In this document: piece after piece, positions 49,166-61,945 of the stretch
How the letters are laid out: each line of letters opens with the position of its first letter
Numbering within the stretch: the first letter of the stretch is position 1
Source of the DNA: Marsupella aquatica
Taxonomy: Eukaryota > Plantae > Marchantiophyta
Direction of reading: 5' to 3'
Length of the DNA: 64,000 nucleotides
Assembly (NCBI GenBank): GCA_973895155.1
Contig: OZ316893.1
Span: 1,240,860 to 1,304,859 of the forward strand
Position numbers and translations under genes: made by a program
Notes under the pieces: generated by a model
Told to the model about the DNA's origin: nothing
Database searches by the model: none
The model's input: the letters and a program-made list of their open reading frames with translations, nothing else

Positions 49166-52100
49166 CTACAACTGCAAAACCTGCAAAATAGCACGGTGTC
49201 TTGAGAAACTCTCCAAAGGAATCACTTTGGTAAAGGCATCAGCGGGATTGAGCTTTCCATCAATCTTGACTAGCTGAAAAGTTTTATCAGACACTGCTTG
49301 CCTGATAAAATGGTATCTGATATCAATATGCTTCACCATGCTATCTATCACCTGGTTAGCAGCCAAGTGAAGAGCACTCTGACTATCACAGTTTAGAGTC
49401 ATTTTGCCATGCTCTAAACCCATCTCCGCGATCAACTTGTCCAACCAAATTGCTTCATTTGCTGCTTCTGTTGCTGCAACATACTCTGCTTCTGTAGTAG
49501 ACTGAGATATATACTTCTGCAAGGTAGATTTTCAGCTGATACATCCTCCTCCAAGAGTGTATACAAACCCAGTTGTAGACCTCCTTGTATCTAGACAGCC
49601 TCCATAGTCAGAATCTACATAGCCAACTAACGTTCTATCTGATCTCGCATCAAATAGTAATCCATAGTTCTGTGTTCCCTTCACATACCTGAGAATCCAT
49701 TTCACAGCTTCCCAGTGTATCTTCCCTGGATTTGACATGAATCTGCTAACCTTACCCATCGCTAGGGCCAAGTCAGGCCTAGTACAAGTCATCAAATACA
49801 TCAGACTGCCTACTGCCTTCTCATAAGGAATCTTAGCCATCAGACCTTTCTCCACAGCATCCGTAGGAGAGAAAGCCGATGATAACTTGAAATGTGAAGC
49901 TAAAGGAATACTCACTGGCTTACAGTTTTCCATGTTGAATTGTGCAAGTACTTTCCTCGTATACTGGCCTTGACTCAAGCACAACTGTTCAGTATCAGAG
50001 TTCCTAAAAATCTCCATCCCTAAGATCCTCTTGGCCTTACCAAGATCCTTCATCCTGAATTCAACACTCAATTTTGCCTTGAGACTGTCAACCTCAGATT
50101 GATCTTTAGCCACAATTAGCATGTCATCCACATAGATCACCAGAATGATGAAACCAAATACATCATTCTTGACTGATTTTGTATACACACAAGGATCATA
50201 CACCATCATTGTAAAACCTTGAGCAAACATGAAATCATCAAACCGCTTGTTCCACAATCTGGGAGATTGCTTCAATCCATACAAGGACTTGAGCAATCTG
50301 CAAACTAAGTTCTCTTGGCCCTTCTTCATAAAGCCTAGTGATTGTCTCATGAAGATCAACTCTTCCAAGTTGCCATAGAGAAAAGCAGTAACAACATCCA
50401 TTTGATCCATCACCAGACCAAAACACACAACAAGCTGACACAAGATCCGAATTGTGGAATACTTAGCCACCGGTGAAAAGACCTTATTGTAGTCCACTCC
50501 TTTCTCCCGAGTGAACCCCTTGGCAACAAGCCTTGCCTTGTAGATCTTTTCTCCACCCTCTGAAGGACTGTCCTTCAACTTATAAATCCACTTGCTGTCC
50601 ATCACTTACTGACCTCTTGGAAGCTCCACCAGCTCCCATGTCTTGTTGTCACTCAAAGATTGCAACTCCCTCTGCATTGCTGCACTCCACTCATGCTTCT
50701 GCTTTGAAGCACAAGCCTCACTGTACGAAGAAGGCTCTCCTTCTTCCAAGATCAAAACCATGTCATCATCATCAGATGCAATGTCAATATCATCTAGCTT
50801 AGATGAGTCTGCCCATTGACCATACCTGGTAGGAGCTCTAGTAGAACGATTGGAAGTTCTTCTAGTAGATGACTCAGACTGATCTGCTGCTGCTGCTGGC
50901 TGAATTTGAGGTACCCCAGCAACAATCTGCTCCTCTTATTCCATCACAGGAACCAGCTCCAAGCCCGGAGCTTCTCCATCTCTCCTGTCATGAACAACAT
51001 CATGACTAATCTCCCCCTCAACCCGGTCCGGGATAGGAGATTTCCCCTTGTCAATATGGGAGTCCTGAGAACTCTCCCCCTCCTTTGATGATCTAGATTC
51101 ATTAAAGGACACATCTCTACTGACAATTAGTTTACAGGTTACTGGATCCCATAACCTATAACCCTTCACACCTTTCTGATAGCCAAGGAAATGCACTTCT
51201 TCGACTTGGACTCCAGCTTGGATCGAAGCTGGGAAGGTGTAAGCACATAAGCAACACATCCAAAAATCCTCAGATGTGAATAATCTGCTGGACGCCCGTA
51301 CCTCATTTCAAATGGCGTCTTGAATCCAATAGAACTGGATGGAGAAAAAATTACCAAATAAGCTACAGTGTTGACAACTTTAGCCCAAAACTCATGTGGT
51401 AAGCATGATTGACTCAACATATTCCTCGAGCGATTCAATAGTGTTCAGTTGAGTCTCTCAGAAATACCATTCTGCTGAGGAGTATAACTTGTTGTGAGAT
51501 GGCGGGTAATCCCCTACTCTTTACAATATGTTCCAAATTCACCAGAACTGTATTCATCGCCGTTATCCGATCGAAGATATCTCACCTTATTACCAGTCTG
51601 ATTCTCAACTTGGGCTTTCCACTCCTTGAAAGTGGAAAAAACATCAGACTTATTGTGTAGAAAGTATATCCACACATACCTTGAGTTATCGTCTATGAAC
51701 TTGATATAGTATAACCGTCCAAAATATGAGGGAGTAGGGGCTGGACACCACACATCACTATGTACATACTCAAGTACCTCCTTGCTGGTGTGAGTTCCAA
51801 CTTCGAAGGGTTTCCTGTGCTGCTTCCCTAGCACACAGTGCTCACAAAATTCCAACTTACAAGATTGCAAATTAGAAAGCAATCTTTTCTTCTGAAATAT
51901 GACCAAACCTTTTTCACTCATGTGGCCCAAACGGAAGTGCCACAGCCGGGCCATCTCCTCATGAGATTTAGCTTCATCACAAACAACACTGCCCTCCAAA
52001 ATGTATAGATTGCTATGTCTCTTTCCCTTCAATACAACTTTAGTACCAGTTGAAACCTGAAGGACACCATTAGCAGAACTCCATTGATGGCCATTTGCTT

Positions 52101-52500
52101 CTAAAAGTCCAAGTGAAATGAGATTTTTCATCATGCTGTGAATGTGTCTCAAATTCCTCAATGTTCTTACAGTACCATCAAACATCTGAAATCTTATAGA
52201 TCCAAACTTGACATGGGATTCCATTTCCCATCAACACTGACCCGTTGGAAACCGTGTAAGAACTGAAAAAATCTCTCCTAGAGCAAATGTGAAAAGTACA
52301 TGCACTATCTAGAATCCAGTCATCATTACCTGGATTTGACACTACATTGAGAGCATAACCTTGGCATCACAATATGTCATCATCATCGAGTAAATCTATC
52401 TCATGCGAGCTCAATGCCGCATTAGCAGATGCAGTAGAGACCTTTACTTGACAATCCCTTTTCATGTGGCCAGACTTGCCACAATTCCAACATGCAAGAG
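49166..52500 (-). pseudogene. Disrupted copia gag-pol
   Basis: Split over ORFs 51514-52224, 51166-51438, 50936-51259, 49532-50605 and 49166-49522 by stops and frameshifts. Confidence 0.9.
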
Positions 52501-52665
52501 GCTTCCTCTCTTGCGATTTCCCTCTGGATTTAGATCTCCCCCGTGATGTAGATCTAAACCTATTCTGTCCATTTGAGTGATGCGCTGCTCACCCACGGTT
52601 CACGTTCAACGCAGTGCCAAAAGAAGATGCTGTCTGTGATTGACCCAGCTTCTTCTGAGCATCAT

Positions 52666-52891
52666 CAGCTTTACTGCACTCTAGGCCAACCGGCCATACC
52701 AAGCATCCATAGCACAACCTCTCCTTATCTCTCAACTAGCTCCGTAACAATGAGCCTAAGTTCCACCAGGGTCTGGCATCAGCCCTGGCTATATGCATAA
52801 TAACACTACCGTTAACATTAGCTAAGTCCTAACCTGAGTTAGACTAACTGTGGTTAGCTCATGAGTCACAAGACTAGAGCTATATCTAACA
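52666..52891 (-). repeat. Truncated 5' LTR (~225 bp) of the copia element
   Basis: Matches 48735-48959 with about 11 substitutions counted by eye. Confidence 0.9.
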
Positions 52892-52987
52892 CTAAAGAAC
52901 TCAGATGAGAGGTAGAGTCAAAGCTTGAAACAGAGGTCAAATGGTCAAGCTGGGCAGTGGAGCTGATTACAATGATAACCACAAGGT

Positions 52988-53130
52988 GAGATATATCACG
53001 GTGCCCAAGGGCAAAAAATGCCGAACCAGGAGACATGATCCCAAAGGCAAAGCAACCCAATGAAGGGAACAAAAAGAGGGGAAAGGCCCCCACAAAAAAC
53101 AAGTCAAGGGGACCTCAACCAAAAGCCAAC
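52988..53130 (-). mobile_element. Isolated 3' tail of the CRE-like family (inverted)
   Basis: Reverse complement cccttcattgggttgctttgcctttgggatcatgtctcctggttcggc...gggcaccgtgatatatct closely matches 6808-6888. Confidence 0.75.
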
Positions 53131-54929
53131 AAAGAAGCAAGCTTGAAGCTAAGCTTGATGGTCAAGCTTAGCTAGAAGCAGCTGATGATAATGAGAGAGA
53201 AGAGGTGAGAGACACAGAGTTGGCTTGAAGCAAAGCTCAAATGTCAGGCTGAGCAGTGGAGTTCATGATAAGGAGGTAGGCCAGAGCGAGACAAAGACAG
53301 CTTCTTTTCTAACACGGTTCAAGCAATTTTCTGAATGACAAAGTGCTGACACACAGGGTGAAACAGAAATAGCTAAAAGAAATTCATGGCAAACCTCAAT
53401 CCTACAGGTTTGCTCAAATCAAAATGTTGACAAGAGCAAAAACAACATTGTGAAGATCAATGAAAAGGACGACCATGTTACTAATTTTGAACATCAGGCG
53501 CAACAGCACCAAGTCAAACTTGATGCAACTCATTCTTTACACCGCATTAGGGATTGTGATTCAGTTCTTGTTTGATCCACCCACTATTTCCAAGGACTTG
53601 ATGCAAGAACTAAAATCAGAAATTACACTCACAAATTTGAAGCCTTGGGTCTCATCCATGGTCTCAAGCAAAACAGAAGCATGAGAGTACAAGGGTCCTG
53701 ACCTTTGTCCTATCCCTTGCATTTTTGTTGGGCCAGCTTTGCATTGCAATCAGTTCCCCTACAAATAAAGCACCTTCACCGGGCCTCATCCCTGGTATCT
53801 GCAGTAGATGTTTGCTTCCCACTTTCTTGCTCTCAAGTACCATCTTCAGCTTTCTTCTAAGTACCCCTTAGACCAGAAATCTGAGCTGCTTTGATTTTAA
53901 ATCTCAGTCGTACTTGGACTGGAGTTTAGATCTCCAAATTCAGTCTAAGCACAATTGTCTAAAGCTGAAAAATTCTGAGTTAAGCTTCTTCATTTTGGAC
54001 ATATTTCTGTACTGTGTTTTTATACATTGCCTTGTGATCAAAAGCTGGATCACACTATTTTTCTGGTATAAAACAAAGAAATTATAAAATGAACTCCATG
54101 TGGTGCACCATCATGACACAGAGAATTGCAATTTTGCAAAAAGTGAGACTCCAACTTTTGATTCTTCACCACCAAGCTCCTGGCCAATGGCCATGTTCGG
54201 CTGAGCCACACAAGTGATCTCATTTCTCTCCGGAGCTTCTTCCCAATCAGCTAGTTTCCTTGTCTGCAAATCGACAGCAGCAGCAGTAGCAATTCAGCAA
54301 TTCAGCTTTTGTGCAGACCCCAAATCCAAAATTGCCCTCTACGATGGATGTAGCTTTCGTGCAAATTGAAATCTCAAATTGCTCATGGGATGAGTGCTCC
54401 ACAGTATGTCAGGTACTGAGATAGAAGTTTTCTTTGAGTAGTTACTTAACTTCCCTTGGACTCATAGACACTAATATATGGGGTCCTGAAATTTTATTTT
54501 AATGTAAAATTACATTTTTGAAATGGTTTTGTTATTTTCTAAAATTACAAAAGTAATAAAAGTGATTAGGTGTGAGATTTTACCCTGTCACATCCTTACA
54601 GTTTGTTACATTCTTGGTGTGTCTTGACAGCATGGCGTTACACCAAAAATGATGCAAACATGATGGGTATATTTTTAAATCACAAAACTGACCAATGATG
54701 TTTGTGGCATGTTTTGCTGACATGGAGTGCTCTGGTGCTGGGAATTTTGCAAGGGAGCCCTCATTAGGGCCTGTAAACAATTATAGAATATGTTACTTTT
54801 TGGTTGTAGGTACATCATATGATCATTTGTTACCGCACAAAATTTATAGATCAAAATTTGATACCCCAAGTAGTTTTTTTCCTTGTAACCCTACCTAATA
54901 TTTAAGATAAGTGTGAGGTTTGAAAACCC

Positions 54930-55205
54930 CAATAAATATAACACTGCCAAAGAGACAGAGGGCCAAAGTGGGAGCTATGATACCATAGGCAAAAAAAACC
55001 GAATAAAGATGGGGGGCATAGGCAAATCGACCCAATAAAGGGGGGGGGGGGGGGGGGGCGAAGGGAAGAAAGCCCAAAGAGACAGAGGGCCAAAGTGGGA
55101 GCTATGATACCATAGGCAAAAAAAACCGAATAAAGATGGGGGGCATAGGCAAATCGACCCAATAAAGGGGGGGGGGGGGGGGGCGAAGGGAAGAAAGCCC
55201 CAAGA
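54930..55205 (-). repeat. ~128-bp perfect tandem duplication with long poly(G) tracts; end resembles a CRE-like 3' tail
   Basis: aagagacagagggccaaagtgggagctatgataccataggc...ccaataaa(G)n occurs twice; the minus-strand end is ctttggcagtgttatat. Confidence 0.8.
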
Positions 55206-55747
55206 AGATCTGAGCTTTGATCTGAGCTATAGTAGTATGGTCTCTAGAAACTGTTCGAGAGGTTCAAGGGATTCATGACTCTCCCCGTAGGTACTACTGT
55301 ACGTACATCCATCATAGGTACTAGGTACATTTATCTTTACAGTCACAGGTTAGTTTTGGCAGTCTGTGGCGAGAAGTACAGTACACTCATACCAAGCGTG
55401 CCTGCCCTCCTGCCAGCCCTCTCATTTCAGTCCCTTGACCCTTGAGCATGCAATTGTTTGGACTTGGAAGAATAGTGCGAGAGAGTGTGCACGGCCAGGT
55501 GAATCCTGTCTACATGCCATTAATGATATTTTTCAAGTGCATTCCCAACTGCACACTTGCCAAATTAATGTATCCAGCGGTCTTCTTACACAGTCGACAA
55601 CTTACTGTAACTCTGTAAGTCTCTGAGTTTCGATGGGCCATAAATCACTAGACAGCTTTCACGATTTAAGCATGGCCTGAAGTCATGTTTTGGGGACCTC
55701 GACAGAGATTCACTGTGAATTCAATACGGGATTCAGTTTCATCTAAC

Positions 55748-57560
55748 TCAGCATCTGCCTGGGCATAGGGCAACTGGGCTGGCAATCGCAGTAAGTTCTG
55801 GGACTAAGATTGGTTGACAGAATTCTACCTCGTTGGACACTTGGCCAAAGTCACTGATAAGTACTGGAGATGGCAGGGTTTTGTATTCAGGCTGTCTGTT
55901 GAGTGCCACCACATCTCTTTGTTCAAATCCGGGTTTACTATATTTGAAGGACTTCTCCAATGGGTTGACGAGCCTGCTGCCAAGGTCTGCTTCATTGACT
56001 CTAAGTCGGAGCACTGCCTTCGCCTCGTCGTAATTTAATTGTATGAATATCAATCAGGATAACAAATTCAATATATTGATACGGCTAGCAAACTTTCTTA
56101 ATTCTTACGATGGAACTCAAAATTGATTTTTTTAAACAGCAGTTGGAAAGAACTTATTCAGCTTGACTCCCTCCGTATTGCACAGCGTAGCAATCAAATT
56201 CAATTCAACTTAAGGAGGGAAAATTCTTGCCAGTAGGTGGACGTATTATTGTTGCCCTCCACTAACTTATTACATCAGGGCTCCCTCAATGAACCAATCA
56301 GGAGAATGAGTTGAGTCCGGCCCTAGCTGTCAGGTTGGAAAATTCGACCATCTACCTGAAATTATGTGGTCAAAAAGCTTCATGGTCCGGAGATGCCCAA
56401 TGTAATTCAACTCAACAAGTAAATAACCAATATGTCAAGGACGTTAAAGATAGTCCATATCCCGAACAGCCTAGGACTTCCAATCTCGAATATTTCAGCA
56501 GGTTGCCGCACAGTGTGCATGTCAATTGGGCACGCTGAAATGAATAAAATCATGCGGGAAAGATTGCGTCGCAAAGGTAAGATACTGTATAAAGTCCTTA
56601 CACGATTTGCCTTCATCCCTCGACACCATTGTGCAGAACTACAGGCATCTGGGCATTCAAAGAACGCCGAAAATGTCCCCAGCGAGTCCCATGAAGTACG
56701 TGACAGAGCCGAGGGTACAAGTATTCATACGCCTCCCCATTCACGGTAATCTGCACAATCATGTAGCGATCCATGAGTTGGTAAACGGGAAGGATATTAC
56801 CAACACACTGCTCTTCGGTACTTTGTGTGTGAGTGGACGATATCAATCAGAAGGATCACGTCCAACTTTCCAAGCACGAGTGTGGCATCCCCGTCCTTGG
56901 GAGTGAGGACGGTACGTGTGTCCTATGTTTCTTTCTAGGGCGTCCCTCACTCAGTACCGTTCTTTAATCCCCAAGCGTGCCCTCTCTGCAAATTGGACTT
57001 GGCGACAAACGGGAGCTTGTCACTGTCCGGAACTTGATCATTATTATCATTTTGCAGTCCGTGCACTACAGTAGGCTTCCGGTCTTTCGCCGGGAGGGCT
57101 CATGAGACCGTACCGTATTCGGCGGAGTCCATCCCACGCTGGGCACGGAGATAGACGGCCAGACTCTCCCTGCGTCGCAAGACACACGCCCAGAGCCATC
57201 GATTCTTGTCCGCATTAATGGCCACTAGCGGAGTGATGAGCTTGGTCCAGTCCTTGCCCGGCGCATTGTCTGGAGTGGGAGTGGGTGCACGGCCGCCTCT
57301 TTGCCTGGCGGGACGCATGGATGGTTCATGGATGCATGCCTTCATGGATGTCACTAGTGACCGACTGATGCGCCTTCCTACGAGGGACCAAACTTTCGCT
57401 ACAGTCCAATAGTACAAGTATGTACGGTCTTCGAACACAAGGTATACGACGGGATCGTTTGGGGATGGGCATGGGATGTGGGATATATGTGTCCCGTCCA
57501 CCCTACATGTATAGGCTCGATCCATTCGACCAGCGCATCATGGATGGCCGCTGATGCCAT
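55748..57560 (-). other. Unidentified gene-like or pseudogene island
   Basis: CpG-retaining block amid CpG-depleted repeats; protein-like ORFs (57100-57525, 56613-56846, 56407-56616, 55748-56053) and a clean short GTAAG...TTTCAG intron near 56530-56600; no family recognised. Confidence 0.3.
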
Positions 57561-60032
57561 GACCGTATGCGACAAACTGGCGATACCGAACTGTTTCGAC
57601 GACTGTACTGTACTTTTATACGCAAATAAAAAAGGAAGGTACAGCGTATGCGCGGGACACCGTCCCGTACCGTGAGTCAGTCTACTGCTAGCATTTAATT
57701 CCCGTGCGTGCGTGTAACGCAGGTGCGGATGCATCGTGGCTGTCAAAAGCAGGTCGGGATGATCCGGCGGTTCAGGATATGGTGTACTTTTATCTATTAC
57801 TTTTTTAATCTTGAGCAGAGCACTTATTGTTGGCAAGAACACATCGAGCGAAGTAACTAACAGGTGGGTCAAGCTATGAAGCTCACGTCAATTCCTCAAC
57901 CGAGACTCAGTCCAGCTAGAGTACGTCCTTCTCCGTGCGAGCAATAAATAAATATTAAACTTGATTAACAGAATGTTTTAGGGTCCTTGTGAACCTGGAA
58001 GGCTGGAAAGGATTGATAAGGTACATCTAATTACTGTAGATGATCGCATGTAAAATCACTCTTCAGTTGGCCACTTAGTATCTACAGTCCATGATGCAAC
58101 TCACATCGGGGTGGAAAATGGGGCCGGGGCTAGGGAGAATCTTTTGAAAATGGTGAAGCATCTGGTTTGAAAGTTCTTATCTCTATTTACTTTCAAGAAT
58201 GTATTAACATTTCGTTGTACACCCCCTTAAATGTAAAATTAGTATAACAATATTCAAGCTTTGCATTTTTTCTGTTTGAAATGGTATCAACAGTCACTTC
58301 TCCCTGTATACATCCCTTTAAAAGTAAAAATAGGATAACACAATTCAAGCTTTGTGTTTGTTCTGTTTAATATTGTGCTGAAGGGGGTTGAATGTCATCA
58401 CCTCCATTTACTTTCAAAGAATGGGCACTCCTTACTTTTTATGAATGCTGAAGCATTTTGCTGTCAATATTCACTTTACTGTATACATTTCTTTAAAGGT
58501 GAGAAGGGGAGAATATATTCATGCCTTGCGTTATTTCTGTTTGTGCAGGTAGGTCCTGCTCAAACATGGATGGAGCTGTGATATCAGAAATGGACAGAGC
58601 AGAAGGCATTTAAACATACTTTGCATGTCTAGTCACAATATTTCAACACCTAGTAGACAGAAGAGCCCACTAATCATCAGAAACATGCACTAAGTATCTA
58701 CTTAGAATCTTTAACATGTCTGCAGTAAAAGAGCCTCACTGAGATTAAGCATGCTTTGGAATAAGTTTAGACACCACTTCTAGACACCCCACAGAACTTG
58801 CTTGCCAACTACAAACGTTACTATAGTTATCTGTGCTCTGGAGCACATGGTGGAACATGCACTGTTAGAGCTTCTCTCCCTGCTGCATTTAAAGTGATGG
58901 CAGGGATTTATATATAATTGAGACTAAGTTAGGCCCTAATGCCTGCCTCATGGGGTGGGTCACTGCCCTCTCCGGCGATTTGCCCATAACCAAAGTTATA
59001 ATATTAACCCTCAATCTGTGACTCACGTCCAAGATAAGACCTGCTATGATTATTTCCTGACATCCGAGGAACTTATAGAGAATCCCTGATGACGTCCTCA
59101 AATGAAAAATTTTAACTGAAATATCAACCTTGAAATGTCTGTTATTTTGTTCTCCTTTCAATTGGTATCTATCCAAGTATTTTTCATTATTTCTCTACCT
59201 CCCGAGATGTGTTTTTGCCTGTTTTATACCAAATCATTTAGAAGATTTTGATTTAGAGACCCGGAGATCCATCAGTGCACCCAAGTGTCCTTCCACGGTG
59301 CTAATGTAATATATATGATAAATTCAACTCAAACTTTTTATATGTATAGGTACTAATGTACCTAAGTAGAAGCAGTATTTGTATTTAATAGTCCATAGAT
59401 TGTAAGGGTGGATGGTTTAGTTGATTCTTCACATGACATACAACTATAAGATTATATAATGATGGAAGAGGATAAATGATCCCGCCACAAGATTGACTTT
59501 TAAACTTGTTAGTGTCTTTCTGGTAAATGCACATCAAAATGCAACTCTATAGTATTGGATGTACTGTAACATGGCATGTGCCCCAAGGTTGGATAGATTT
59601 TTCATGAGAACTCATCTAAACAATGCTATCATAACTGCCGTTTGACATTAGCTATGCCCAGATTGGTGTCACTTTCTTGGCAGGGAGATGACTAGACTGC
59701 TTTGCTTGCCTGAGGGAAAATCTGCAACATACCAAAGTGACATAAGCATATTGCAGCGGATTAAGGTTACTGCATTGTCAGCAAACGGACAGAATACAGT
59801 CACTGTCGTTAGGCTTTTCTGTTTTGTTTTTGGCGTCCTTAGTGCCCTGGGTTTTTGGCGCTGTGGTCTGTAGTTAATACGTGTTTTGGCCCTTTGGGTC
59901 TGTTTTCTCTTTGCCACGTTGGTTTTTGACATGGTGTATATTTGAATTGCATTGGGCTCATTATCTGTTTTAGAATTGAACCAAAGAAATCCAGAAATTG
60001 GTTGGATGGATTTCTAATGGATTTCTATACCA

Positions 60033-60605
60033 CTATATAGCATGCTCATCCTGGAACATGCTTTATTTGTTTGTCTTGTAGTGATTTGAAAGTAAATAAA
60101 ATATGAGAGCATAGAAGTGCTGTTATATAAGTAAAATGTCTACCAAGAAAAGCACAATGACCAAGAAAAGGTACAGTCAATGTTATATAAGTAAAGTGTC
60201 TGCCAAGAAGAGCACAGCGACCAAGAAAAGGTACAGTCAAACAATGCTACGATGTGTGCACTTAACTCAGGGTGCCTTATGAATGATACTCCTTTCAATA
60301 AAAACCATAAACCTAGGAAAGAAAAACATGAGGAGAACTTAAGAGGCTATGCATTCATGTTCTCCAGCATCATTTCTCTCACTCGTGGTGGTGGAGCCTT
60401 TGGTTTCATCTCTAAGAAAACACATACTGTGAAAGGGGGCTGCCAAAATAAGTTCAAAACACTCTAGAATACCTAGAACTAAAGGGGTCTAAAAATTAAT
60501 TAAAAATGTATAGAATACAAAGGCTGCCCCTTGATAAGGCAGATTGAAATGAAAATACACCAAAATCTGAATAAGACAAAATTTGAAATGTGCATATAGC
60601 AACTT
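60033..60605 (-). repeat. Dispersed AT-rich element, copy 3 (inverted)
   Basis: atatagcatgctcatcctggaacatgcttta is the reverse complement of 20018-20049; gctgccccttgataaggca matches about 22820-22837. Confidence 0.75.
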
Positions 60606-61724
60606 CAAAAATTTCTATAAACTTGATTGTTCTGTTATACCACTTAATGCTGTTCCTCCTATGTATTTGGCTGTGCACCAAGATACCAAGATTCTGATGT
60701 CACAATAACACAACTAATGGAGAATTAAAATACAGCATAAGTAATCGATAGACAAAAACATGAAACATGTGACTGTTAGGATATGCATCCCTAACCAATG
60801 GTGATAAGTACCTCGCTTCTCTTTTCAGAGACATGTGTTTTAGCTACCATTTCTTTACGGCTTTGTTATGCTGCTTCCTTTCCATAAATAGCCTTTTGCC
60901 CAGTTCCTTCACTCAATTGGGCTTCTTTTCTGTTTTCCTTCCGTGGAACTCGTTGTTTTTTTCAGGGAACTTTAGTCCTCCCTTTTATTTGATGGGGCTT
61001 TTAAACTGTTCCATGAAGGAAAAAAAGTACTCCTACACGTGAGAGAGTACACAATTTAATTTTGAAAAGTGACAGTCTATGCCAGTCTTGGTGTCAAACA
61101 TTGAGGCTCATCCGGGCATACACTATCTTCATTTATGGAGTGACTTAATATAAATATTTTATTTTATATGCATTTAAAACGTGTGTCTCGTATCAGAGTT
61201 CAAATACTAGACGGCCCAGTTTCTCGTTGTTATCACCTCAAAGGTCCGTTTAGGACAGTAATTAGAGAAGGGGGCTTCAGCAACGGTAGACATTCGTTGG
61301 ACTTTACTACTGTTTAATGCACCCCCCATGGTGCGAGGTGCTCCGTGGCCGCGTCTCGGGCTCCTCCTCTCGTGCAAGCATTGACTGCCTCCGTCTCTCC
61401 TCCACTTCTTCCGCTAAGAAACATTCGCTGGGAGAGCAAAGCTAGCAAAATGTCCGAGTAGGGGGCCTCAAAGCTCGGCTATACAGCTATACTGGTATAT
61501 CGTACTCACTAACTCAAATGTTCGCCTTAGACAGTTAAGACTCCTGTAAAGAAACGAGTTCAATAGTGAATGCTCCAGTGATTTTAGGCGTGAATTCCAA
61601 CATATGCATATCCCGTAATCCAGAAACCTACTACTTTCGCACATGAACTTTGGGGCCGAACGTGATGATGGCTGCCTATTATTGAAAGCACATGAACTTT
61701 GGGCCTAACGTGATGATGACTGTT

Positions 61725-61945
61725 ACATTCGAGATGATGGCTGACTGAGAGGGAAGGAAAAGTGATATATGCTTTGAGACTCAGATGAGACAACAGCCAT
61801 TCGACTATTCGAGATGATGGCTGACTGAGAGGGAAAGAAAAGTGATATATGCTTTGCTACTGAGATGAGACAACAGCCACATGAGATGATGGCTGACTGA
61901 GAGGGAAGGAAAAGTAATATATGCTTTGAGACTGATATGAGACGG
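61725..61945. repeat. ~72-81-bp tandem repeat x3, related to 4755-4920
   Basis: gagatgatggctgactgagagggaa(g/a)gaaaagt(g/a)atatatgctttg at 61731, 61811 and 61883. Confidence 0.85.

Larger units (their letters stand above)
48618..52891 (-). mobile_element. Ty1/copia LTR retrotransposon, internally deleted and frameshifted; TSD CTAAA
   Basis: Order gag knuckle (CWNCGKSGHMKRDC), PR (WILDSAC), IN (LWHFRLGH, VHSDVW, LRSDNG), RT (QMDVVTAF, SLYGLKQ, YVDDML), RH (STTEAEY, KHIDIRYH); PPT next to the 3' LTR; CTAAA at 48613-48617 and 52892-52896. Confidence 0.95.

Noticed and set aside
56613-57560. PLATZ transcription factor or CRESS-virus identity for the 55.7-57.6 kb island
   Set aside because: Only vague local resemblance; the conserved Cys/His spacing and Rep motifs were not found
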